A stretch of 58,323 bases of DNA, the filler included, from Sphacelaria rigidula (Eukaryota): NCBI GenBank assembly GCA_964200075.2. It is 7 parts of 7 records of this genome, joined end to end, with 100 filler letters (N's around TTAATTAATTAA, not from the genome) between each part and the next. Parts side by side here need not be neighbours in the genome. Positions count along the whole stretch, not along the records: positions 33,387 to 41,632 come from CAXNAA020011789.1; positions 41,733 to 49,978 come from CAXNAA020011790.1; positions 50,079 to 58,323 come from CAXNAA020011791.1; 4 more parts are not named here. One strand, written 5' to 3'. Below are positions 38,001-51,006 of the stretch, one piece after another. Each line of letters starts with the position of its first letter. Position 1 is the stretch's first letter. A model generated the notes under the pieces. The model made no database searches, had not been told where the DNA came from, and worked only from the letters and a program-made list of their open reading frames with translations. The translations under genes were made by a program, and so were the position numbers.

Positions 38001-41000
38001 TTGGCGTCAATCGTCCGATGAATGGTCGATGCACCGGGTGGAACAGGCCCTTACTGCACACCAGAAGAAACTTTTTATATGTCTCTGTTCTGGTAACATC
38101 ATCCGGACTGAGCTGATCCCCCCAATGAGACATGTCGAGATATCACCCCGGCACTGCTGTCTCCGTCAATGTTCGCTCCCACACGCCGATACAAAATGTG
38201 ACCCCCGATGATCCCAACTCACCACCCTTCCCAATGCTGTCATGCCACCCCCCTCTCCGTCTGTGCTCCTGTGCGTCCACCAGAGCCAGAGTGAAAACTT
38301 CAGTTGCTCGCAGCTAAGCCAGGATCTACTCGCACCATATGGATACGGGGCAAATGACGGTGGTAGTGCAGGCGAGGTCGGAAAACAGCAGGTCGCAGGC
38401 GAGGTCACGGTCGGGTAATGTCTAGCATTGCCGATATTGTTCGGAACACGTACCCTACGCCAACTACCGCGCCACGTAAGCCGTGTGTACATATATTGTC
38501 GTGAACGCTTAGTTCGACCCCAAGAACTCAGCCCAAGCGGCCCGACGAAACACCAGTGACCACTGTCCCTACAGCAATAATCTTAACCGTTTGAGCGCTG
38601 GACAGCCTTTCAGAACAACGTACGTGGCAATTTTTCAGAGTGGGTCACTCCGGCACTACAGTTGAGCCGGTCCTCTCTGTATGCAAGCATCACCCTGATT
38701 GAAAATGTACGTCGTATTCTGTGATCTCCAAACCCTGCCTTGCGTATCATGGTTTCGATCAATGAAGTTGTTTTGCACTAATTTTCAGTGCTCGAACTTG
38801 AGTTGAGCTGCTCAAGGGGTCAAATGAACAAGCGAACAAGTATCTCACGTGCCAGAAACACCGAGCGCTATAGCAATGTTGCATCATTTGCCCACGAAGA
38901 TCATGTCGCCGCCTTGGTCAGCGTTTCCGCCCAAACAATCTCCATTTTTTCCAGTATCGGCAAAATGTAAAATATCCCTCGATACCCGCTCGACGCTTCA
39001 ATATGTATATCGTGCTAGCTGGTGTGTTGAGCCACCCCTTGATTCGGTACAAGCGCGGGGGGAGGACGTGCATTTCGAACATCCTCGAACACCTGGGGTT
39101 CACGGATTCGTGACGGTGGGGTTCAACTAAACACGCGTCTTCATGTATGCTATATGAAGGTGCCGTTGATCACTCTGTAATGTTTTCGGATGACGGTGAG
39201 CATACGCGCATCTTGAGGCACTGCCCGTGGAAGGCCTTCAAGGTTTCCCCGTTTAGAAAGTGACGCGCGACACCGCAACCCCCGAAACGCGCACCGTGAG
39301 ATGAATCTGTTTGTCCAGACGGCTACATCGAAGGACACGCCAATATCGTACCGGTCATCGCCGTCTTAGGTGCGAGCTATCCTATCGATCGTATTGCACT
39401 CGGGTTCATACATGTCGATAGTAATGTCGGGCATAACTATAATGAACATGGTGTACTCACAGTTCATTTTTGTTGGTAAAATCGCATCGCATCGAGAGTC
39501 ATTAACGCAGAGCTGCTTGAACACTTGTCGGATCACACGCGCACGGACGCGCGCATTGACGTTTTCGCTCTCACATATCTCCATCGCTCAACAGCCATAC
39601 GAGCCCCGTAGCCTCCCTGACGATAAAACCAGTGCAGCCCGTTGTATGTATGTCGCAGTTTGTAGATAATGTCACCGCGCAAAATAATATCCGTTACTCG
39701 CACTTCTGACCACGACAACACGTAACAGCACAACAAAATGTCAGGCAATCATCGGCCACGCTAGAATCCAAGTGACGAACCACAAGGCCGTCGTAAGGCC
39801 TGACCGACGACAATGCCTCGTCGTTATCTCACAATGTTGGATCTGCTGGGCGTCGACTGAAGGTCTTTGTCTTTGCCTCTGCAATGAAACAGGAGCCAGT
39901 CTTCGCCAACAAGGACGATCTTCGTCCGCAGGCATCGGAAGCAAGCAATCCTCCAGTCAAGGGTCGCTGAGAATGTCGTCTGCACCTACTGTCTATGGGG
40001 TAAGAGAACCGCATCGGCATATCGCAGCGTCCCACGTTCCTGGATCGGCCGTTGCATGATGCAGTCAAGCAGAACAACCCTACGTAACCACAGCCGTCAA
40101 ATGCTTCAGATAGCAGAACAATGTCTGCGCACCACTGGTCGATGCAACATTTGTTCGACACAAACGTCCATTGCCCAGGTCAGGCACCCTGATTTGTGAG
40201 TCTGCACAACTGACACCATGCAGGCACCGTCTGATGCTAGAGTGTAAACAATTTACCGGTCAACCTGAGAGCGGGTATTGTGTCTATCTCGCTTTGACAC
40301 AAAAATGTGGCGGCATTCCACGGTAGGGATCGAACGCATGTGTGCGGCCGATTGTATATGTGTTTGGGAGTGTCCAGTTACTCCATGTCAATGTTAACGC
40401 TGCGCCTTCGCAAGTTCACGTTGGGTGAAATCCGTCAGAGGAGATACCGATCTCACGCGCATACATGTCGCCTGTTACAGCTACAGGTTTTCCGCAGGTC
40501 TCGTTTGTACTCTTCATCGCGTGCGGTGTGCTGCATTCGCCCACCCATAGCAGACTAGCGGTGCGTACTCCCGTCCGTTCAACGTTGGTGACATGGAGGT
40601 TTCGCTGCTGGCATTGTTGTCAATATGCATGCAGCATCATCACTGCTCACACTCTGCTCATAACATGGTGTGCTTCGTATGGAATCGCTTGAACAAAAGC
40701 ACGACAGCAACAAAGAGCGCCACTTCCCCAGAACATCACCTCCTAGTCCGATTCCTGTGACCGCGTGTGCCACGCTGTTCCGTGTCGCGTTCTGATGTCA
40801 TGCTTCACTACTGTACAACACTTGCACATCACTTTGACCATTTTAAGCTTCTGGCATGAGCGCATGCATGTTGCTTCGTGCTGGCTGGAACAGGCACGGC
40901 GACCCCGACTGCACTCCTCGAGCGAACCTTCTCTTCTGCAACGGAAGGGCCCACGCGGACACCCAAGTGGACGTCTGCGGCATGAGGATGCCGCGAGCGA

Positions 41001-41040
41001 ACAATTCGAGCGGCTTCTGAATCAGAAGTTTCAAGCGCAG
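35027..41040 (+). CDS. Multi-exon gene, 3' end missing, for an S/Q-rich protein. Candidate exons: 35027(or 35063)-35104, 35737-35911, 37358-37464, 38284-~38414, 38789-~38916, 39893-39999, 40894-41040
   Basis: Canonical AG/GT boundaries; exons 1-2-3-4 and 6-7 join in phase (...IARPG|APCARF...DTGTA|DSGEHLSGSQSQSQ...NRT|SQSENFSCSQLSQD; ...APTVYG|ARRPRL...KFQAQ); middle junctions unresolved. Confidence 0.62.
36195..36500. mobile_element. ~305-bp MITE with imperfect TIRs and TA flanks (Tc1/mariner-like)
   Basis: TAACAACGTGTTTGTGAGATTGAGAGTAGA vs TTTTACTCTTGATCTCACGAAAGCGTTGTTG; second copy in opposite orientation at 45081-45383. Confidence 0.8.
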
Positions 41041-41505
41041 GTAATCGGGTGGTGCTGAATTAAGCAACGATAGGAGAGGGGTATTTTTCCTTTTCTCGCA
41101 GTTATGTAGGCCCATTACCCTCACAGTTCACAACCTGGAGTTCGCACAGTTCGGAGTGCAGCTGATGCCTTGGTGCACGCCTTGTACCACCACATGGTGG
41201 AGGTTGCACTCCCGCTTGCTCGCCAACGTTTGAAGGAAGTGCGTTTTTTCTTTTTTCCCGAGTATAGTTATGTCGTCCCCGCAAGCAGACCTGCCGTAGA
41301 GTGGAAACTGCATTAGACACCTGATATTGACGCTATCTATTTCCCTATCCCACAAGAATACTGTCGGTATCATGCCTTCTCCCGTACGTTGGTATGCTGC
41401 GTGTGCTCTATTTTTACCAGAAAAACTGAATGGTCCTGCGCAAAATTATATTGCGCATATCCAAGCAGCATTCCCCGCTCTGCACTCTGATACAGCCGCT
41501 CACAA

Positions 41506-41632
41506 TGTTGGAAATATTGGTGGCTCGTGGCGTTCGGTACTGTTCTCGAAACAGACCGACTACTGTCGCGGAGACAGTAGTTTAGCAGAGGTTGCACAGT
41601 GGTAGTCAAACCACTTGCTTCTGCAGCAGACA
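41506..41632. mobile_element. Start of a second LTR of the 33533 family, cut by the contig end
   Basis: TGTTGGAAATATTGGTGGCTCGTGGCGTTCGGTACTGTTCTCGAAACAGACCGACTACTGTCGCGGAG is near-identical to 33533-33600. Confidence 0.85.
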
Positions 41633-41732
41633 NNNNNNNNNNNNNNNNNNNNNNNNNNNNNNNNNNNNNNNNNNNNTTAATTAATTAANNNNNNNNNNNN
41701 NNNNNNNNNNNNNNNNNNNNNNNNNNNNNNNN
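41633..41732. other. Artificial contig linker
   Basis: Same 100-bp structure. Confidence 0.99.
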
Positions 41733-41791
41733 TGTTTTTTTTTGTTTTTTTTTGTTTTTTTGGTTGGGTTTGGTTGGTGTGGTGGGTTTTT

Positions 41792-41856
41792 GCGTTCTCT
41801 TTTGTTGCTTGCCTTAGTCGTTTGACCATTGACCACGCATCCCTTTGAAGACGAAG
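41792..41856 (-). mobile_element. Micro-element copy B, in the poly-C tract of the Sola-like MITE
   Basis: Minus strand reads CTTCGTCTTCAAAGGGATGCGTGGTCAATGGTCAAACGACTAAGGCAAGCAACAAAAGAGAACGC. Confidence 0.75.
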
Positions 41857-42104
41857 CAGGGGAGGGGGGGCATTTCGAGCTACTTCTTGCACGAAATTCC
41901 AAGTCAAATCGTCGTTGACAGCTGCAAAGGTTGTTCGAAGGAGCTTGTTATAGATATATAACGCTCATTCATACTGCTTGACACCGTTTTTTACCAAATA
42001 CAAGCGCATCGCGAGTGCGGAAGGTCGTCTGACACACCTATGAGCCTCTTTTTTCGTGGAATCAAATACCCCTCTCCCCCCCCCCCCCTATCGTAGGATG
42101 ACTC
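41857..42104 (-). mobile_element. Second copy of the Sola-like MITE, with one end interrupted
   Basis: Reverse complement of 53118-53355; intact terminus GAGTCATCCTACGATAGGGG. Confidence 0.85.
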
Positions 42105-42343
42105 CATAATTTTACACCCATCCATATCATGGTAGGTCAGTAGATCTATGTTCCTCTTCGATTTTTCCGCCTTCTGATACAAACAGTAACTCTCTTTTTC
42201 CGATAACGGGCATGTGTTTGATGTTGATGTTGCCGACATATCGGGGAATCAACAGTAGTTTCGTAGCGGTTTTCTTCACCGAGCCAATCACACCACTAAT
42301 AATTATTACACATACTATCATTATTATTGTTTTTTGTTCCTTG

Positions 42344-42418
42344 TTGGTTGGTTGGTTGGTTGGTTGGTTGGTTGGTTGGTTGGTTGGTTGGTTGATTGAT
42401 TGATTGATTGATTGATTG
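42344..42418. repeat. (TTGG)n-(TTGA)n compound microsatellite
   Basis: Direct inspection. Confidence 0.9.
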
Positions 42419-42538
42419 TCGCACATTAACTGACTCCCCAGGGATCCCAAGAAAAACAAAATTGAAACACTCGCTGAAGAAAAAAGAACAAAAACGGTAG
42501 AACAGAACCTATTGTCATCAATATCACCATCATCACAT

Positions 42539-42592
<54 letters not shown>
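42539..42592. repeat. (CTA)n microsatellite
   Basis: Direct inspection. Confidence 0.9.
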
Positions 42593-42794
42593 CATTTAAT
42601 ACTACCATTGTTATATTATAATTAATATTTCGATTCTCGACTAATTTTGTTTTCACCAACACGCTCTGATGACTCTGGAGTTCAACTCCTTGCGATTCGT
42701 ACGGTTCATTTTCACTTATTTTCCTACATCGCATCTTGTAGTATTACACAATGACATGGTCTTCAACGGCTGCAAATGGACGGTGGCCGCTCAC

Positions 42795-45700
42795 CTCTGG
42801 CTCAGGATTACCCCAGCCGCTATCAACTCCTTCTTCTTCCGCCTCTTTCGCCTCTTCGCCGCCGCCCTTAGATTCCCCTTCTCCGTCCCCCCTGTTCGCT
42901 GCCTGCTTGCAAACAAATGTTAGGATAGTTCGTTTGCAGAAAATCAATACAGGGAACGAAAAAAATAAGAAATAGAACATTAGACACTACCACTATCGCC
43001 CATCACTGCCACTGTCACCTATCACCGGCACTACCACTACCACTACCAGTACTAATACTAATACCGATACTAATGCAAACACCACCACCACTATCACTAC
43101 CGCCACCGCCACCGCCACCGACGACCGACGACCGACGACCAACGACCAACAAGAGACATGGACACATGAGTGGCCTCCTACAGTCACTTCTAAAATGCGT
43201 ATCTATATATCTCGCCATTCCTGTGTGTATGCCGTTGTCTCTCACCGCGTATATCGACAACGCTCCCCCACTGCGAATGGACGGTCCCGTGCTAAAACGC
43301 CCGAGGGTAGGGCCGTCTTCAGGCACCCCCCTGAACAGCGTGGCGGCGGTCCCCCTGCTTCCCGCACAAACACACACAATTATCTATAGATTAGGATAGT
43401 ACAAGATAACAGAAGAACCAACACATATCTCGTACATTCCGGGAAGCTAACTCGTGGTCATTATCCGATCGACCGGACATTGACATATACTCGTTCTGTA
43501 TTGATGTTTTTCGCTCGATACCCTTTCCTTTTCTGTGTTCGTTTTTGATGCCTTCCTCGTGCTATTAGACTACCCTCTTGTATTTTTGTTCGTGTTCTCT
43601 CCTTCGCGTTCCCCTCAGCGAGTATTCACGTTTCGTTCACCTTCGACGCGTCCATCTTGTTTTTTCCTGCGGGGTCACTCAATGCGCGACAATAAATCAA
43701 ATAAACTCGTGTGACCTGGCGGCCTGTGGCACGATTGATTGATCGGTGCTCTTGAACTGACCCCCATATATATATATATATAATATATACGCGTCGTTAG
43801 ACACGTTAGACACGATGATGCACAAAAGTGAGGGGGGGATCCATTTGTTGCTTGCCTTAGTCGTTTGACCACTGACCACGCATCCCTCTCGAGACGGAGG
43901 GGGTGCACTCATGATCTCGCATGCCGTAGTCACGAGACCATTGGCATCGTGTTCATACAAACACGGGACGGAGCACGCCGGGTTTTTGCCGGACCAGGCT
44001 CAACTCCAATCACCGAGCGCGAAGCGCCGTGATGTGCTCGGCGAGTCGCACGAAGGGTGAGCTGCATGCTGATACGACTGTTCCGTTCAAAGCATACCAC
44101 GCACGTTGCAAATGGATGACAGCCTACAATGAGTTGCTTCATCTTCTGGTATCGCCACTTCCCGATGCAGCCATGGGTTTCACGCTGCCACGGAGGGGGA
44201 GGGGTGTACTCATGAGGAGGGAGAGGGGTGTACTCATGATCATGCATGCCATAGTCAGAGGGGGGGGGGGGGAATAACCCGTTCACACATCCCACTAATT
44301 TCGAAGGTTCGGAGCATGCAGCTACAAAGGTTTTGCTGATAGTACTGGTAATAATGATGAATGTGGAGCGAACGTTTCCCACGCTCCGCAGCCTCGGTTT
44401 CCCAAAGAAAGTAATAGGGTGTAATTACCACAGCCTGAACCGAAGGAGACGGGCTAATAACCTTCGATCGGTTCGTCTACTACCGTCAACGGAGCCAAAA
44501 ACTGCTCGGACGGCCTACATGTGTGTAGTGCACTCTGGAACTCTCACAGGGTTTCAGAAATACCCCAGTTGCGCGGTACGCCTTGCAGCGAGTCATGATT
44601 TTTGATCGGTCGGAGGTATTTGGTGAATCATGGTCGGCCAAGCTTGCAGACAGCTCGACTTGGACCCTACCGGAGGCAGGTAGACTTTACTGGAAGATAA
44701 TTGGTCTGTGTCGACTCCACACTGCACCCACGAACATAGATTCAAGGATGATGGCACGACATGGCTCGGGCGATAGCCATTCCCGCGTCAGAAACGAATC
44801 TGGATTATGACATCAATGCTGGAACACCCTCGGTCCCTCGTCCTCAGGACGTGTTCGTAGTCTCAAGGGGCCAACCCGTCTCTCCCTCAGAACCTGGCCG
44901 TGCATTCCATTCTTATCGGCCACTGACTGGATGATGACGACTTCCGCAGCCCTCTAACTTTCTTCAGAAAACCTTTTTATTTCGGACGACCGTTGCTATA
45001 ACACTCCTGACCCCACGTACATACACACACTAGACCTCATTGGGATGTCTACTTGGTTGCTACCTCCCGGAAAAACAGGAATAACAACGTGTTCGTGAGA
45101 TTGAGGATAGATCGCTGATTGAGAGTGAGTTTCGTCATTCCCTTTAGATTGGCCATTTTTTCATTCCATGTGTGCCTTTTTTTGCCGTATCACTGGCATG
45201 TGCCTTGAGGTACACGTCGATATCTTACTCAGGGATATCAAGGGCTTCAGTGTCAAGCTACTTCAGAAAGCATATCGGACCTCGTGGACGGACATTTCGG
45301 AACTGAAACGATTCATTTACTCATTGGGCGCTTTTCACTCTCAATCGCATCCTCTACTCTCTATCTCACGAAAACACTGTTCAATGAAGGCCGACGAAGA
45401 TCTCTCACATTTTTTTGTTCTGCAACAGTTTTAGAGCGCCCAACGGAACCCAACAGGTCGAGCCAGAAAAAAGTATGGCGACAGAAGTGTGACAGCGACG
45501 GATGTAGCCATCTTCTAGAAATTTCGCACACGAATTCCCCTGTGTAATAAAGATCCCAAAAGCTTCGCAGTCCTGGAATTAATGGAGACCATGCGGACAT
45601 CAAGCTCGTACAGCAGCTGCGGCAGCAGCAGCAGCAGCAGCAGTAGAGTGTCACCCCCCTCCACCCGGCCGCCAACAAACTTCGCCCGACTTACCGACGC

Positions 45701-48700
45701 CCTAGCTGTCCTGATCTCCGACCCTCTCCGCCGTTAGCTTCATTCGTTGCCGTGTTGGCGATACCATCGCGCGATTTGTGGCGGCTATCCCTCGAGTGTA
45801 AGCTACCCGGACGATCCATCCAACTTCCCTGCGGCACATGCAGCAAATACCCGTCCCATCAAACTTAGTCGATTAGCCGATTTACATTTTCGGGATTGGA
45901 AGCCGAAACAACCACATGAGGATCTTTTGGGGAGGGAGAGGGGAGGGAGGGGAGCCTGGTTTGTCGGTTCGTACGAATTGTTTTGGCTCCTCAATTTTGC
46001 TCCTTCCGGTCAAAACTCTGAATTAACGGTGTTCTTCAAGCCGTCTTTCCAGAAGGAACACGCCATATTGGCCGTGAATGCACGAATGAAAAAAAGAAAA
46101 GAAAGGAAGAAGTAACATTATTCAAGACTTGGCAGTGTACCGCCAGGCAATTAACTTTGTTACTCTGAAGGCATCATACACGATACCAAACGGTCATCTG
46201 AATGGTACTGGTCGCTCTTGTATGTGATTTTTTCTGTATACCATGAGTACACGCGGGACGATTCACACAACAACGATGGACAAAACGAGACCACAATTTT
46301 TCATTCTCGGTATAGGACATACATGGAGGGATGCCGCAGTTTGGCGGGGTGACATCATCGGCAGTCCATCCCCCAACGGCCCGCGCTGCGACATGCTCAA
46401 CGGTCTTCCGGTCTCCCTCAGCATTCTGGGTCGGTGATTCACAGCAATAACGTTTCAAAAACACATGTCGAGAACGCCCCTCAGCGCTCCGCCTCGACAC
46501 GGACGGGTGGTCAATGGCCAAATGACGAAGGCAACAAATGAGAACGCCCTCTTCCCCCCGTCAGTTTCAGAAGCGGAAACATCGTCACGAGGTTCAGTAG
46601 GGGATGGATCACTCCTTTATATTGGCGACACAAGGAAATGATTGCAATAAATCGAAGCACCTCGCATAAGTCCTGAGGCTATTCCTCTTTCGTGCATTAT
46701 CTTCAGCATTCCAGCGTGTGGGCTCCTACCTCCACACTATCGTTTTCACAACAACACTTGATGCCAAAAGCAATGGCACGGCTCTGAAGGTATCTTTAAA
46801 TGCCCCACCATTTTCCCCACTGCCCCAACTCCGAGAAGTGCCTTTACTCTCGTGGTGATCGACGCCGTATGGAAAGTAACGATTCTCTGACACTGGTGTA
46901 GACGGTCCTACCATCGATGCCACTACGAAAAAGAGGTGCTAAAAAAAGCTCTCTCATCCTCCGCACCCGGAGACTCTCTGCCACAGCCACAACCGACACA
47001 CCCGGAGAAAACGCTAACGAATGAATAGAAAAGGTCCCAAAACTTCTCGGGAGATAACAGTTCTCAGGTGCAGTATAGTTTACCCCAGCTCATCTAACCA
47101 AAACCCACAGTTGAAACATACTTGATATGAGCGTGAACACCGATAATCGGATCCTTCATGGGGCTGACAGTCGCGAGGGCTCGTAGCGTACGCGGAACGC
47201 GCTTGTGTCCAAACAGGCGCCATAGGCACCAGTTTGAGGCCTGCCACCGCACACTTTGCCTAGGGTACCCTTTGCACCCCCGCTGCCCGAGGGTTCCCGG
47301 GTATATCTTGGTTAGGGTGTCGATTATGCTTAGGGCTGGAGTTAGGGCTGTGGTGTTTCTAAAAGAATGCGTCAACCATGGACTTGGGGCTACGAACGGG
47401 GGTAAACTCACCTCCCGAGGTAGTCTGGTCACCAGGGCGCGAATCAGTCACTGTGCAACAATCAAGCAACCAAATCCAACTCAACGCACGTCAGTACTAC
47501 ATGCAAGAAAAAAAAAAACAGGCACAAAAACGAAGAGCGCAAAATCAAGGATCGCACAGCGTGGCACAGCGTAGCACAGCGTAGCAAAGCGTAGCACAGC
47601 GTAGCACAGCGTAGCACAGCGCAGCACAGCGCAGCGCAGCACAGCACAGCAAAAAATGAGCCTTCACACCTGCCAAGAGGACCTCTATCCCTCGACAATG
47701 GCCCCAATGAAAGTCGAACACGGTCACGTTCAGTGAAAGCACCGTCTGGAGCCACCTGCCGAACATATAAACACACACGAACACACACACATGTTCACCT
47801 TACACAATGAACAATTGTCGCCATGTGTAGTCTGTTTTCGGAACATTTATTATAACCCGATGTGTTCACGAATCTTTGACCGAACCCCAAGACGTATTTC
47901 ACGAAAGTGCTAACACCTGAGCGGGCCGCAGAGTCGTTGAGGTCATAGGCAAGACAGTATCGTAAAAGTGTCAGGATTCAACACGTGCGCATGTCGTACA
48001 AATGAGGAGCAACTTGACGTTCCAGTGGGATAGCCGCGGCTGTCTACTTGTACTAGAATTGAAACAACACGATGTCGTACTCCACTGAAGGAGGTAACGA
48101 CTGGCTCTTCATGTAGGTACCACATCCGGGGCAACGAGACTTGATGGAGTGTCCTTCGACGACACCAACGTTGTCCCAAGAAAGGGAAAGGGTTGCAGAA
48201 AATGCATCGGGGAAAAAAGCATGTATAGGTCACTTCTCCATGAATTATGATCCAATTACGATCGAGATTTTCACCCTCACCCTGCGCCTACAGACGCAAG
48301 CGCCACTATGTTCGGAGTAATCAATGCCGCTGATACATTGAGGTGACACCGGCACACCGGTTGCACAAATATCTCGATATATGCCACATCATAAAATTCC
48401 CATCTCACCAATCCATAACCGTAACGTTTTGAAGGTTAATTTCTTTGAGAAATTTCCAAGGGAGTGTCGAGTAGAGTATACCCGATATATGGGCATTTGG
48501 GAAAATGGAGATCCGACCCATGTCCACAACAGCAGCCACGTATATCGAAAGGTATAGACTGGCGTCCAGAATAGATGGAATGACAAAACACACGACCCAT
48601 ATGCACAAAACCGCATATAATCGCACTGAAAAAACAAAAATATACGACAAAGAAATGGGACTTTCATAATAATTCCAGACGTGAAGCGTACGAATAAAAC

Positions 48701-49847
48701 CATGAAGATCCTGTACGAGCATCTTGCGTCCCGATCGACATCAACGTGCGTATTAACGGACGGAAAACGGACGGTGATATACCCCCGTAAAAACAAATTG
48801 CACATTGTTTTGCAAGGAGGATATACTAAGGGCGTACACATACCTCGAGGGACTCGATCTGGGCAGTAGCATCAGGTATGACCGTGCTCAGGTACTGAAT
48901 AGCCGGCGTGTGTTCCTGTGATCGTCATTGGAGACCAAAAAAGTAGTAAGCGTAAGAAGTTTCTCAATGACACAAAAAGCGAGGCACGGTCGGGGGCGAG
49001 AAACGTCTCTTGTCACTTTCTTGAGAGGGACGATTTCAGTGAACAGTAAACATTACAGCATCGTAAGAGAGCATTGCGACAACTTTCAAGGGACGTCTTT
49101 CATTGGAGGACATGAAAAACCTCAGCATCGCGCGAAACACCCCGACAGGTTTTCACGGGAACAGCTTGATTCACCAGCAACAGGAACACATGAGCGATGC
49201 AGATTCCGAACAACGTTTCAGAGGAATGCATGGCTTTGTGTATCAACCAGACATAAGACAACAACCAAAAAAAGAGAGCAACTTTCAGAGAAAATGGCTC
49301 GGTTTTGCAGCAGCAAATGTAGCACCAATACCATCATAGCAAATACAACAACAACGACAGTAATAGCAATGGCAATGGCAACAACAACGCTAGTGGGGAA
49401 GTGGTGATCGGCATTGATCTATCAAAGATTCGGTCGTGAAACGGGAACACGATGGCAAAGAAACATGACAAAATATGCAATGCTACCAGCAACATATGAT
49501 GGACGATGCTGGACTGAAACACATTTTTAAGCAACTTGAACCACTTCCAGAGACTCTACTTCACAAGAGGTTACAATACACATTGAGCGGGCCGCGAAAG
49601 TGGTGAAGGAACGATCCACCTACCTCACCATATCAAGATTCAACAAGTGACCACACCATACGAGGAGACACATTCGAGAACACGTAAGATTCCACTGGCG
49701 CAGCCATGACCATCTAATGGCATATATTGTAGACGTATAAATCACTACGGGACTCTCACCCTGGGCGCAGCATTGATAATGGTGACGATGGAGAGGAACC
49801 AGCACACAAAGATGATCAAATCCGCCATGAGCTCCGCCACGTTGTTC
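42795..49847 (-). CDS. Multi-exon gene of unknown function, partial. Phase-consistent exons: 47755-47670, 46922-46730, 46425-46323, 45828-45695, 43354-43246, 42902-42795. Additional upstream candidate exons: 49847-49760, 48915-48844, ~48626-48520.
   Basis: Six consecutive exons with AG/GT boundaries join without a stop: WLQTVLSLNVTVFDFHWGHCRGIEVLLA|VASMVG...TIVW|RMLRETG...ASLH|GSWMDR...QLGR|RGTAATLF...SIYA|AANRGDG...NPEPE. An upstream exon NNVAELMADLIIFVCWFLSIVTIINAAPR is TM-like. Confidence 0.7.
43842..43898 (-). mobile_element. Micro-element copy C
   Basis: Minus strand reads CCCCC-TCCGTCTCGAGAGGGATGCGTGGTCAGTGGTCAAACGACTAAGGCAAGCAACAAATG-GATCCCCCCC. Confidence 0.75.
45081..45383. mobile_element. 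Second copy of the ~305-bp MITE
   Basis: Internal sequence is the reverse complement of 36195-36500 (e.g. CACGTCGATATC, GAAAGCATATCGG, TTTCGGAACTG). Confidence 0.8.
46487..46549 (+). mobile_element. Micro-element copy D (more diverged)
   Basis: CTCCGCCTCGACACGGACGGGTGGTCAATGGCCAAATGACGAAGGCAACAAATG; GAGAACGCCC at 46470-46479 and 46540-46549. Confidence 0.6.
47554..47650. repeat. 10-bp/5-bp minisatellite (GCACAGCGTA)n
   Basis: Direct inspection. Confidence 0.9.
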
Positions 49848-49978
49848 CTGTGCAAGAATCACATCACAAGCGCACGTGGTTTTGCATGTCGGACCGTTTC
49901 GTTCGCCTGATCCGGCGAGAACCCGGCGTGCTCCGTCCCGGCTTCGTAGGGGCGGACCCCCGATGGGGTTGGCGTCGG

Positions 49979-50078
49979 NNNNNNNNNNNNNNNNNNNNNN
50001 NNNNNNNNNNNNNNNNNNNNNNTTAATTAATTAANNNNNNNNNNNNNNNNNNNNNNNNNNNNNNNNNNNNNNNNNNNN
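49979..50078. other. Artificial contig linker
   Basis: Same 100-bp structure. Confidence 0.99.
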
Positions 50079-50429
50079 TAATGCGCTCAGCTGGTGAAGC
50101 GATGGCTTCAATGGAAGCTGTCACCTACATGATCAATTTGACACATCACTTGATCGCAACGACGTGATCAGTCCATTGCAACAAAAGATCCCCTCTTTCA
50201 GGAAAAACTGATTAGTGTCCGAAACAGTTTCAGTTCCGAAGTGCCCCCCACGCGTGAAAATGCCTTGTGCGGTATCTCACCAACCAGACCGCTGAATTCC
50301 TCGAACAGGGTACTATATGGTAGCTGCATGCACAGGACGTGTGCTCAAGAAAAAAAAAACGTTGCCTGTTAGGAACGCTAGAGCATCCACTCTGAATCTG
50401 AAACTACGCTCTGAATCTCATGAATATAG

Positions 50430-51006
50430 TGTTGGAAATAATTTGGCTGCGCACATTTCACGAATCGGTGGTAATGGCCTAGAGGTAAAGGGTGCCAGTC
50501 TGTGGGCGCCTGAGCACCATCGGGCTCATGCCCATTTGAGTACCAACGAGTCGAACCGAGTTCGCGGTATGCACGTCATGCTCAGTAGCGAAGCGGCTGC
50601 GAGTTGTCACGCAGGTGCTCAAGCACATCGCCTTGTCATGAAGACGCATACTAGTCTGTTGATGCCGCTTCAGACCCGTTGTCGGCTCTGGCCACGGCTT
50701 GCTTTTGTTTCGGTAGACAAGACTACAGGTCTGTTCAGAGTTGGTCGGGTACGAATGTGAACCTGTATAACTACAGGGATGATTCTGGCTTTGGTCGCTG
50801 TTCTCACGACCAAAGCTCGCACCATCAATCACTATCAACTGCTCCACTATCGCTTCCAGCAAAGAAGTCTAACTATCGGTGAGACGTATTGGATTGGATT
50901 GGACTGATTGAGTGGGTACTGGAGTTAGAATCAAGATAATCAAGAGAGAAGTGAAGAACCTATTGCGTGAGACCTCATTTGATATTTGGATGCTGAGCAG
51001 GTTACA
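50430..51006 (+). mobile_element. Putative 5' LTR of the contig-7 Gypsy element (start uncertain), followed by a degenerate PBS CGGTATC
   Basis: TGTTGGAAATAAT...GGTTACA|CGGTATC; no partner LTR in the window to confirm. Confidence 0.4.

Noticed and set aside
33533-41632. One LTR element that captured the SQ-rich gene between two LTRs
   Set aside because: The first LTR has its own GGGAA TSD on both sides, so it is a solo insertion. The apparent PPT before it belongs to the host tandem repeat.
45430-45645. LINE/SINE 3' end with (CAG)n tail
   Set aside because: Suggestive, but there is no second copy or coding remnant in the window to support it
47310-47350. Telomeric TTAGGG repeats
   Set aside because: Only three dispersed motifs within an intron, not a tandem array
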